From assembly GCA_963727525.1 (NCBI GenBank), contig CAVSGO010000008.1:128001-192000 (forward strand): 64,000 nt of DNA. The letters are read 5' to 3'. The position numbers and the translations under genes were made by a program. Source of the DNA: an uncultured bacterium. Its GTDB lineage: Bacteria; Krumholzibacteriota; Krumholzibacteriia; LZORAL124-64-63. Below the pieces are notes generated by a model. The model ran no database searches. It worked only from the letters and a program-made list of their open reading frames with translations, and was not told the origin of the DNA. Shown piece after piece: positions 17,844-26,103 of the stretch. Each line of letters opens with the position of its first letter. Position 1 is the first letter of the stretch.

Positions 17844-18346
17844 CGCACCGCGCCTACCTGCTGCTGGGCTCGAACATCGCACCGCGGCGCCACATCGCCG
17901 CCGCGCTGGCGGCTCTGCGCGCGCACGGACTCGTGAAGGTATCGCCCGTGTACGAGACCGCGCCCGAGGGGACCACGCGCGGCGGGCCATTCCTCAACGC
18001 GGCCGTGGCTCTCGACACCACGCTCGACCCGTCGGCACTGAAGCGCGACGTGTGCGCCGTCATCGAGCGGCGGCTCGGTCGCGAACGCGACCCGCACGAC
18101 CGCAACGCTCCCCGCACCATCGACCTCGACCTCGTGCTGTGGGACACCGCCGCCATCCTCGTGGACGGTGCGCCGGTGCCCGATCCCGACATCCTGACCC
18201 GCCTCCACGTGGCGCGGCCCCTCGCTGAACTGGCGCCCGATCTGGTGCATCCGACCGACGGCCGCACGCTCCTGGCCATCGCCGCCGACCTCGACCGTGC
18301 GACGCCGCCGGAGCGCCGTCCCCGGCTTGTGTCCGACGAAGGTTGA
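17840..18346 (+). CDS. folK: 2-amino-4-hydroxy-6-hydroxymethyldihydropteridine diphosphokinase
   Basis: LLLGSNI, SPVYET, FLNAAV, IERRLGR, PRTIDLDL. Confidence 0.92.
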   Translation: MTHRAYLLLGSNIAPRRHIAAALAALRAHGLVKVSPVYETAPEGTTRGGPFLNAAVALDTTLDPSALKRDVCAVIERRLGRERDPHDRNAPRTIDLDLVLWDTAAILVDGAPVPDPDILTRLHVARPLAELAPDLVHPTDGRTLLAIAADLDRATPPERRPRLVSDEG

Positions 18347-18390
18347 GCCGGAGCGGCCCGCGCATTACTGTCGCGTGGAGGAGGTCCGCA

Positions 18391-18789
18391 ATGGCCGAGC
18401 TACGCAAGCGTCTCATCGTGGTGGGCGACCGCATCCTCGTGCGGCCCGAGTCGGGCGAGGAACGCACCGGCGCCGGACTCTATCTGCCCCAGACGGCCGT
18501 GAGCGCTCGCCAGGCCCAGGGGGGCTGGGTCGCGGAGGTGGGCCCGGGCGTGCCGATCCCGCAGCCGGCCGATCCCGACGCCGACCTCTTCGGTCGCGAG
18601 TCGCAACCGCACTACATGCCGTTGCAGGCTCAGGAGGGCGACTACGTCCTGTTCCTGAAGAAAGCCGCCGTGGAGATCACCTTCGAGAAGCAGGCCTATC
18701 TCATCGTTCCCAATGCCGCGATCCTCGTACTCGTGCGGCAGGAGCTGGACACGAGTGGGTCCGGGCTGGGTGACGATCCCGGGCCGTAG
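18391..18789 (+). CDS. GroES/Cpn10 family co-chaperonin (divergent, no adjacent groEL)
   Basis: GDRILVRP...ERTGAGLYLP...VAEVGPG...EGDYVLF. Confidence 0.82.
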   Translation: MAELRKRLIVVGDRILVRPESGEERTGAGLYLPQTAVSARQAQGGWVAEVGPGVPIPQPADPDADLFGRESQPHYMPLQAQEGDYVLFLKKAAVEITFEKQAYLIVPNAAILVLVRQELDTSGSGLGDDPGP

Positions 18790-18899
18790 TCCTCGCCTCG
18801 CCGCTCGGCGGTTTTATTGCGCCGTTGGAGGCATTTTGTGGTAATGTCCCGGGGTCCGTGACGTACCATGTCTCATACACCTCGGGGGAGGTCTATGCT

Positions 18900-19529
18900 A
18901 TGAAATCCATATTTCTATGCCTGATGGTCGTGAGCCTGCTCGCCTGTGGTGGCGCGTTCGCCGTCACCGACCAGGGTGCCAACAGCCTCGGCGTCTACTT
19001 GGCTCCCGACTGCGAGACCAACTGTGGCGACGTCGTGTCCGGCGTGCCGTTCTCGCTCTACTTCATGCTCGCCAATCCTACCCAGGACTCGATGGCGGGG
19101 TTCGAGTTCAGCTATTATTACGATCCCGAGCCTGCTTCGCCGCCCTTCGTCCTGGACGCGGAGCTGCCGCCCAACGCACTCAACATCGGGGACAACAGTA
19201 ATTTCATCGTCGGGCTGGGCACGCCGCTCGTACTGGACGGGGATTGCAATCTCCTCGTGACGCTCACCGTGCTGGCGACCGTTGTCCCCGAGGATGGGAC
19301 CTGCATCATGGTCGGCCCCGCGAGCCCGTCATCGATCTCCGGGGCGCCGGTCTACGACGACGGCCAGGATTTCAGCATCCTCGTGCCGATGACGTTTTCC
19401 ACGTACGATCCCGACAACGGGTGGGACACCGATCCCGACGGTTTCATCTGCGCGGCCACGTTCGGGTGTCCGGGGCCGGTGGCCACTGAACCACAGACCT
19501 TCGGCAACGTGAAGTCGCTCTTCAAATAG
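18900..19529 (+). CDS. Secreted acidic hypothetical protein with C-terminal TFGxVKSLFK tail
   Basis: Signal peptide MKSIFLCLMVVSLLACGGAFA; ends PVATEPQTFGNVKSLFK. Confidence 0.75.
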   Translation: MKSIFLCLMVVSLLACGGAFAVTDQGANSLGVYLAPDCETNCGDVVSGVPFSLYFMLANPTQDSMAGFEFSYYYDPEPASPPFVLDAELPPNALNIGDNSNFIVGLGTPLVLDGDCNLLVTLTVLATVVPEDGTCIMVGPASPSSISGAPVYDDGQDFSILVPMTFSTYDPDNGWDTDPDGFICAATFGCPGPVATEPQTFGNVKSLFK

Positions 19530-19693
19530 ATCGCGGCGCCAGCGATATGGCACGCACCTCAATCGGGAGGCCTCGCCGGGTCTCCCAATTGCATTGGCGA
19601 ACCCTTTATCCATCGCGGCGTGGCGGTTGTATTCGATCCGGACATCGTATAGTCTGGATAGGAGTTGTCCATTCCAGTGCAAGCGGGGATGAG

Positions 19694-22600
19694 ATGCCAC
19701 GATCGATCACGTATTCGCTGATCGCCGTCGCTGTCTTGCTCGCCAGTACCGTGCGGGCGGAACCCGAGCTGGGTGCTCGCGCGCGCGATGTGGCCGCGAG
19801 TCTCTCCCCTACCGTACCGTCCGGATTCTACGTGGAGGACGTGGCGCCGGGAGCCACTTTCGCCTTGCCGACGGCCATCGCGTTCACTCCGGACGGGCGG
19901 ATCCTCGTGGCCGAGAAGGCCGGACGCGTGTTCGTGATCGAGAACGGCGAGAAGCTGTCGACGCCGTTCATCGATCTGTCCGACGAGGTGCTCAACCACT
20001 GGGATCGCGGATTGCTCGGCCTCGCCGTCGATCCGGACTTCGCCAGCAACGGCTACGTGTACATGCTCTACACCGTCGACTGGGACGGATCGGGCGACTA
20101 CGAGCGCACCGACGTCTTCGGTCGGCTCGTACGCTACACCGCCGGCGACGCCGATCCCGACGTGGCCGACCCTGCCTCGCGCCTCGTGCTCATCGGTCCC
20201 GAGTTCAGCCAGGGCATACCGGCCTGCTATTACTCGCATGCGCCTGGCTCACTACGCTTCGGCAGCGACGGCACGCTCCTCGTCGGTACCGGCGACTCCG
20301 CCAACTTCGACGTGGCCGACGGCGGTGGGCTCTACCCCGACTGTTTCGGTGACGGACGGATCAGCGAGGACCAGGACATCGGTGCGTTCCGCGCGCAGTA
20401 TCTCGGTAGCCTCGGTGGCAAGATCCTGCGGATCGATCCGGCCACCGGGCAGGGGCTCCCCTCGAACCCGTACTTCGACGGCGATCCCGACGCGATCCAG
20501 TCGAAGGTGTGGCTGCGCGGCCTGCGCAATCCATTCCGCTTCGGGATCCGGCCCGGAGGCAGCACCGATCCTGTCGACGGCGAACCCGGCGAGATCTTCA
20601 TCGGTGACGTGGGCTGGGGAACGTGGGAGGAGCTCGATGTCGCCGCGACCGGCGGTCTGAACTACGGCTGGCCGTGTTACGAGGGTACCCACAACAACTC
20701 GCCCTACCAGGCGCTCGATCCGCCTCACGGCGGCTGCAACGGCATCGGCGAGGTGACGTGGCCTCAGTATTACTTCCACCACTGGTTGCCGGACGCTTCC
20801 CATCCGCAAGGCCTCGCAGGCAACACCATCGTCGGTGGTGAGTTGTACGAAGGCACGCGGTATCCCGTGACCTATCGTGGCCGCGTCTTCTACGGAGACT
20901 ATTCGGCGCAGTGGCTGGCGACGGCGGCGGTGGATTCGAACGGAAACCTGGCGGACCAGCAGGTGTTTTCGCTCAATCTCGGCGCGGCCGTCGATATCCG
21001 TTACGATCCGTTGACGGAGTTCATGTACTATGCGGACATCGAGCTGGGTCGGATCCGACGGATCCGCAATGTGGACGAGGACGCGCCGCCCGTGGTCGCG
21101 GTGTCGGCCGTGCCCACCGAGGGGTACGCGCCACTCGGCGTGCAGTTCAGCGGCAGCGCCTCGTATGATCCGCTCGAAGGCCCTCTGCTCTTCAGCTGGG
21201 ACCTCGGCAACGGAGAGACATCGACGGAAGCCGATCCGTACACGGTCTACACGGAGAATGACATCCGTACCGCGATGCTGACCGTGACGAACGAGCACTC
21301 GCGAACCGCCTCCCAGTCGGTCACCATCCATGTCGGAGATACCTCGCCGGTCGCGACGATCGTGGCGCCGGCGGATGGACGCGGCGTGGTGGTCGGCGAC
21401 CAGGTTGTCCTGCTCGGTTCCGGGACCGATGCCGAGCAGTCGCCGTCGGAGCTGACGTACCACTGGGATGTCGTGCAGCGCCACAATGACCACCAGCACC
21501 CGCCGCTGTTCGAGGCGGACGGTCCGGTCGCCCTCTTCACCGTGCCTGCGCACGGGCTCCTGTCCGAGGTGACCTTTCTGACCGTCCATCTCACCGTGAG
21601 CGATCCCGAAGGGCTGCAGGACGTGGCCGCCAGCAACCTGTGGATCGAGAGGCCCGCGGAGGCCGACATCACCGGGAACGGAACACCGATCGCCCTCGTC
21701 ACCGCGCCGGTCGGCGTGGGCAACCCCGATATCGAGGTCATTCGTGACGGCGTACAGCCTCCGGCCGGAAGCACCGATCCCTCGCAACAGTACGACACGG
21801 ATTCCGGCCAGCCGAAATCTCTCGACTGGATCGGCTACGCCTTCGACGAGAACCATTATTTCGCACGCCTCCTTTTCCAGGAGGGCATGCACTTCCCGGG
21901 CGGCGGCTGGTTCGATTCCCTCGCGGTGCAGGTGCGGACCGACGGCACCTGGCATCCCGTGTCGTACCTGCACGCGCTGCCGGAATACCGGGCCGCGGCC
22001 GACAGCAACTACAACACGCACGTGATGCTCTTCGGCGGCGTGCTCGGCGACGCGATCCGCCTGAGCGGCGATCCCGGCGGCACCGGCGATTTCATCTCCG
22101 TGGGCGAGCTGCGGGTTTACGAGGTGCCATACGCCGAGTTCACGGCGACGCCGCGCGCGGGCGAGAGCCCGCTGGCCGTGGACTTCACGGATCTGACGGA
22201 CGTCGACGGCGCGTCCACGGTGCTGTGGGACTTCGGCGATGGCAGCCAGAGCACGGAACGCGACCCGCGCCACGTCTACACGCAACCTGGTATCTACGAT
22301 GTCTCGCTGCTCGTGGACAGCACCGCCGGACTGTTGCAGACGCAGAAGCCGGCGTACGTGCTTGTCGACGTGGTCGCGTACGGCTTCGCCGATTTCAACG
22401 ATGCCGACGTTCTCACCTTGAACGGTGCCGCGGCAGTCGTCGACTCCGTGTTGCGCCTGACTCCCGATGCGATGGACATGGGCAGCTCGGCCTATCTCAC
22501 GCAACCCGTGCCGATCGACTCGCTCACCGAGCTGCATACCCATTTCCAGTTCCGGATCCACGGCGCGCAGCCCATCGGTGCCGACGGCATGGTGTTTGCC

Positions 22601-24277
22601 ATCCAGGCGGCCGGTCCCGATGCACTCGGTGACCAGGGTGGAGGACTCGGCTACAGCGGTGTGACGCCGAGTGTCGCCGTCGAGCTGGATATCTACCCGA
22701 ATGCGGGCGATCCCAACGCCAACCACGTGGGGTTCGATATCGACGGCGTGGTGCAACCCAGCGTTGCCACGACCAACCCCGATTTCGCGCTCGATGATGG
22801 GCAGTCGCATGGTGTCTGGGTGGACTACGATGCCAGCACGCGCGACTTTGTCATCTCCGTCGGCGCCGATCCCGTGACCAAGCCGGCCGATCCCGTTTTG
22901 GTGATTCCTGGGATCGACCTCGCCGAGAAGCTGGGATCGCTGGCGTACTTCGGCTTCGGCGCCGGCACCGGCGGTTACAGTCGAGCCCATGACGTGGAGA
23001 ACTGGAACCTGGAGGTGCTGACGAGCGGAGCCGGCGCGCCATCTGCCGGCGATCCCGGGATCACCGCGTTCTCCCCCGCAACCGGTCTCGCCGGCACCAG
23101 CGTTTTGCTCACGGGGGCGGCCCTGGACAGCGCCGCCGCTGTCACGTTCGGTGGCGACGTGGCTGCGTACTTCACCGTCGTCTCCAGCAGCCAGCTCCTG
23201 GCTGATGTCCCGCTGGGCGCCGTGTCCGGCCCCATCGTCGTCCACACGCCACAGGGCGACGCGGCCAGTGCCACCGATTTCATCGTCACGGATACCCAGC
23301 GGTTCGCGCTGGTGTATCCCGACTTCGCGCAGGCATCGAACCTCCAGGTCAACGACGCCGCAGCGATCGCGGCGCCGGTCCTGCGTCTGACGGACGACGT
23401 GCCGGCGCAGGTGGGGTCGGCGTTCTACGCCCCCGGCCTCCCGACACCGCCGGGCACGTCGTTTTCCACTGCCATCCGGTTCCGGATCCAGGGGGCGGCT
23501 CCGGAGGGGGCGGAGGGGTTCGCCTTCGTGGTCCAGGGATCGGGTCCGACGGCCGAGGGCGCCGGAGGCGGGGGCCTCGGCTACAGCGGGCTGAGCGCCT
23601 CGGTGGCCGTGGAGATCGATCTCGTGGCGCAGCCGGGCGAACCGGCGGCGCCGCATGTGGCGTTGCACGTCGGGGGCGACCCGCTGACACCCCTGGCCGC
23701 GGCGCCTCTCGCGTTCATGCCCGACGACGGCGCGGCGCACGGCCTGTGGATCGAGGCCGATCCGGTGACGCAGAACGTCGCCGTGTATGTGAGCGAGGAC
23801 CCGCAGACCAGACCATCGCAACCGACCCTGATGGCGTCGGTGGGCGGCCTCTTCAATATCATCGGCGCGACCGCGTGGTTCGGGTTCACCGGAGCCACCG
23901 GCGAGGATGCGAGCCGCATCCAGGACATCGAAGCCTGGACCCTCGGCGTGCACGCGCCCCAGGATGCCACGCCGGTGCCGGCCGACGACGCCGTGCCGCG
24001 CGCCTTCGCGCTCACCCGGGTGTACCCCAACCCCTTCAACCCGCAGGTGACCATCGAGTACGCCGTACCCCACCGCGCGACGGCGCGGCTGCGCATCTAC
24101 GGCGTCGACGGCCGCCGCATCCGCACCCTCGTCGACGGCCCCGTCACTGCCGGCCTGCACACCGCCCCCTGGAACGGCACCGACGACGCCGGCCGCGGCG
24201 TGAGCGCGGGCGTGTATCTCGTGCGCTTCGAGGCGGAGGGGACGGTGCGGGCGCGGAAGATCGTGTTGTTGAAATGA
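19694..24277 (+). CDS. Large secreted PQQ-dependent sugar dehydrogenase-like protein with PKD, discoidin-like, two legume-lectin, IPT/TIG and FlgD-Ig C-terminal domains
   Basis: Signal peptide; DRGLLGLAVDP, GKILRIDP, GLRNPFR, NYGWPCYEG; WDLGNG/WDFGDG PKD motifs; two GA(D/E)G.(V/A)F...GGGLGY lectin blocks; YPNPFNP...WNG tail. Confidence 0.88.
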   Translation: MPRSITYSLIAVAVLLASTVRAEPELGARARDVAASLSPTVPSGFYVEDVAPGATFALPTAIAFTPDGRILVAEKAGRVFVIENGEKLSTPFIDLSDEVLNHWDRGLLGLAVDPDFASNGYVYMLYTVDWDGSGDYERTDVFGRLVRYTAGDADPDVADPASRLVLIGPEFSQGIPACYYSHAPGSLRFGSDGTLLVGTGDSANFDVADGGGLYPDCFGDGRISEDQDIGAFRAQYLGSLGGKILRIDPATGQGLPSNPYFDGDPDAIQSKVWLRGLRNPFRFGIRPGGSTDPVDGEPGEIFIGDVGWGTWEELDVAATGGLNYGWPCYEGTHNNSPYQALDPPHGGCNGIGEVTWPQYYFHHWLPDASHPQGLAGNTIVGGELYEGTRYPVTYRGRVFYGDYSAQWLATAAVDSNGNLADQQVFSLNLGAAVDIRYDPLTEFMYYADIELGRIRRIRNVDEDAPPVVAVSAVPTEGYAPLGVQFSGSASYDPLEGPLLFSWDLGNGETSTEADPYTVYTENDIRTAMLTVTNEHSRTASQSVTIHVGDTSPVATIVAPADGRGVVVGDQVVLLGSGTDAEQSPSELTYHWDVVQRHNDHQHPPLFEADGPVALFTVPAHGLLSEVTFLTVHLTVSDPEGLQDVAASNLWIERPAEADITGNGTPIALVTAPVGVGNPDIEVIRDGVQPPAGSTDPSQQYDTDSGQPKSLDWIGYAFDENHYFARLLFQEGMHFPGGGWFDSLAVQVRTDGTWHPVSYLHALPEYRAAADSNYNTHVMLFGGVLGDAIRLSGDPGGTGDFISVGELRVYEVPYAEFTATPRAGESPLAVDFTDLTDVDGASTVLWDFGDGSQSTERDPRHVYTQPGIYDVSLLVDSTAGLLQTQKPAYVLVDVVAYGFADFNDADVLTLNGAAAVVDSVLRLTPDAMDMGSSAYLTQPVPIDSLTELHTHFQFRIHGAQPIGADGMVFAIQAAGPDALGDQGGGLGYSGVTPSVAVELDIYPNAGDPNANHVGFDIDGVVQPSVATTNPDFALDDGQSHGVWVDYDASTRDFVISVGADPVTKPADPVLVIPGIDLAEKLGSLAYFGFGAGTGGYSRAHDVENWNLEVLTSGAGAPSAGDPGITAFSPATGLAGTSVLLTGAALDSAAAVTFGGDVAAYFTVVSSSQLLADVPLGAVSGPIVVHTPQGDAASATDFIVTDTQRFALVYPDFAQASNLQVNDAAAIAAPVLRLTDDVPAQVGSAFYAPGLPTPPGTSFSTAIRFRIQGAAPEGAEGFAFVVQGSGPTAEGAGGGGLGYSGLSASVAVEIDLVAQPGEPAAPHVALHVGGDPLTPLAAAPLAFMPDDGAAHGLWIEADPVTQNVAVYVSEDPQTRPSQPTLMASVGGLFNIIGATAWFGFTGATGEDASRIQDIEAWTLGVHAPQDATPVPADDAVPRAFALTRVYPNPFNPQVTIEYAVPHRATARLRIYGVDGRRIRTLVDGPVTAGLHTAPWNGTDDAGRGVSAGVYLVRFEAEGTVRARKIVLLK

Positions 24278-24359
24278 GGCGGCAGGGCCGTCCGATGGGG
24301 CCGGTCTTCCCGGCCGAGGTTCGACAGGATGGCGAAGACTTTCGAGCCCAGGCACAAGA

Positions 24360-24388
24360 AGCCCGGCTACCACGCGGGTAGCCGGGCT
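24360..24388. terminator. Hairpin between convergent genes
   Basis: 12-bp perfect stem AGCCCGGCTACC/GGTAGCCGGGCT with a 5-nt loop. Confidence 0.6.
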
Positions 24389-24414
24389 CATGGGTGCGGT
24401 TCCTCGATGGTGTC

Positions 24415-25893
24415 TTACTTCACGATCGTGACCTTGCCGGCGGCCTGGTGCTGGCCGTCGTCCCAGCGCAGGAAGTAAGTGCCCGAGGCGACGGCGCGAC
24501 CGAAGGAGTCGCGGCCATCCCAGGCGATGACGGCCGAGCCCTGGCCATCGGAGTCGGCATGCAGCAGCCGGACGGTGCGGCCACGCACGTCGAAGATCAG
24601 GAGCTTGCCCTGGGACGCACGGGCGGTCGACGCCATGATCGTGCAACCCGCGTTCGCCGAGGCCGGCGACGGGAACACGCGCAGGCGGCCGGCCACGGCG
24701 AAGACCTCGTCCTGCACCGCCGTCGGTCCCGTGATGCCGTGCGGACCCGGGCCGCTGGGCACCGAGCCGTGGCACACCGTGCAGTCGCCGAGTGCGCCGG
24801 CGTGGCCCTGCAAGTCCACCATCACGCGGTTGTCCAGCGCCTCGCGGCTCGGGAAGATGGCGTGCGGGCTATTGTGACAATTGGAACACAGCACGCCGCC
24901 GTGGCCGCGGCTGTTGCGGAAGAGCTGGCCCACCGGTTCACCATATGTGGCCGTGTGGCAGGTGCGGCACGCCGGCTCATCGACCCAGGGCACGCGGCCC
25001 TGGTTGATCGTGTTGGCCACGTTCGACATGCTGCCGTGGCAGTCCTGACAAACCATGCCGTGGTCGTTGGCCATGGTGCCGCGCAGGCAGCGGGTGTTGG
25101 TGCCCGGGTGGCACTTGTAGCAGCCGGTGATGCCGGGGTACTGCTGATCGATGAAGTCGTGTGCGTGATGGATGCGACGCGAAAACCAGCCGTGCGAGCC
25201 CGGGTTCGGACCCGTGAGCGGCGTGGAGCCGTGGCACTGGGCGCAGAGGATGGGGCGGTTGTTCGGGTTGAAGCCGCCCTCGTCCTCGTGGGCGTTGAGG
25301 ATCGCGTTCTCGCTGCTGTGGCAACCGGAGGTGACACAGTTCACTTCCACGGAGACGGGCGCCACCGGGTAAGCGCGCGCGAGTTCCACACCGTCGGTGT
25401 CGCGCAGGATGACCTGAGCTACCTGGTAGGGATCCTCGACGGTGGGCGCATCGTCGGTGAACGGCGTCAGCGGGATGCCGAGAGCCTCGAACATGTCCCC
25501 GTTGACGTCGAAGACGTCGTTGAGGGTCTTGCCCGTGAGGCCGACGTTGGGGGGCAGGTTGACACCGAAGAGGTGGAGCGCGTAGTCCCAGAAGTCGGTC
25601 TTGCCGGCCGAGTAGGTGTTGCCGGGGAAGGAGTACTCGAGCGTCACGCCCGTGGTGACGATCTGCGGCAGTGTACTTCCGTCGCCGCGGCGAATGACCT
25701 GCGCCTGAAGGTCGTTGTAAGGCGGCAAGATCGAGATGTTGGCGTGACTCTGGTTCATGCAGTGCATGCCGAGGTCGTTGGTGACCAGGATGACATAGTC
25801 GCCGAGAAGGGGCTGTGCGGTCGCAGGAATGGCCAGGAAAGCGACGATCGCCAGGGCGACGATCGAAAGAGGGGTCCAGTGGCGTGCGGACAT
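24415..25893 (-). CDS. Secreted multiheme cytochrome c with FlgD-Ig/T9SS-like C-terminal domain
   Basis: Signal peptide; six CxxCH motifs plus CVTSGCH; tail VFPSP...IFDVRGRTVR...WDGRD..G..VASGTYF. Confidence 0.87.
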   Translation of the reverse strand: MSARHWTPLSIVALAIVAFLAIPATAQPLLGDYVILVTNDLGMHCMNQSHANISILPPYNDLQAQVIRRGDGSTLPQIVTTGVTLEYSFPGNTYSAGKTDFWDYALHLFGVNLPPNVGLTGKTLNDVFDVNGDMFEALGIPLTPFTDDAPTVEDPYQVAQVILRDTDGVELARAYPVAPVSVEVNCVTSGCHSSENAILNAHEDEGGFNPNNRPILCAQCHGSTPLTGPNPGSHGWFSRRIHHAHDFIDQQYPGITGCYKCHPGTNTRCLRGTMANDHGMVCQDCHGSMSNVANTINQGRVPWVDEPACRTCHTATYGEPVGQLFRNSRGHGGVLCSNCHNSPHAIFPSREALDNRVMVDLQGHAGALGDCTVCHGSVPSGPGPHGITGPTAVQDEVFAVAGRLRVFPSPASANAGCTIMASTARASQGKLLIFDVRGRTVRLLHADSDGQGSAVIAWDGRDSFGRAVASGTYFLRWDDGQHQAAGKVTIVK

Positions 25894-25985
25894 CGTAAGC
25901 CTCCCGGATGATGGGCGTCGGGTTCCCGCTGAGACCGTCTCAAGGTCGGGTCCGGGCCGTTGAGTGGTTGAGAGTATGCGATACT

Positions 25986-25999
25986 TTGAAATAGTTCAA
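25986..25999. promoter_or_regulatory. Crp/Fnr-like palindrome upstream of the multiheme cytochrome
   Basis: TTGAA-ATAG-TTCAA has Fnr box geometry (TTGAT-N4-ATCAA) and lies in an AT-rich intergenic stretch. Confidence 0.45.
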
Positions 26000-26103
26000 T
26001 CGTGATCATATTTGACCACGTATACTTATAATGTCAAGTATATTTTCAACACCATCCGACGCATGGACGCAGGTCTTTCATAACCCAGTATTTGACTTGG
26101 ATT

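Noticed and set aside
20252-24775. 1507-aa minus-strand ORF and many other long overlapping ORFs in the track (e.g. 36804-38684, 44332-46098, 55311-57161)
   Set aside because: These are antisense or alternate-frame shadows of well-supported genes, expected at this GC content; they have no motifs or RBS.
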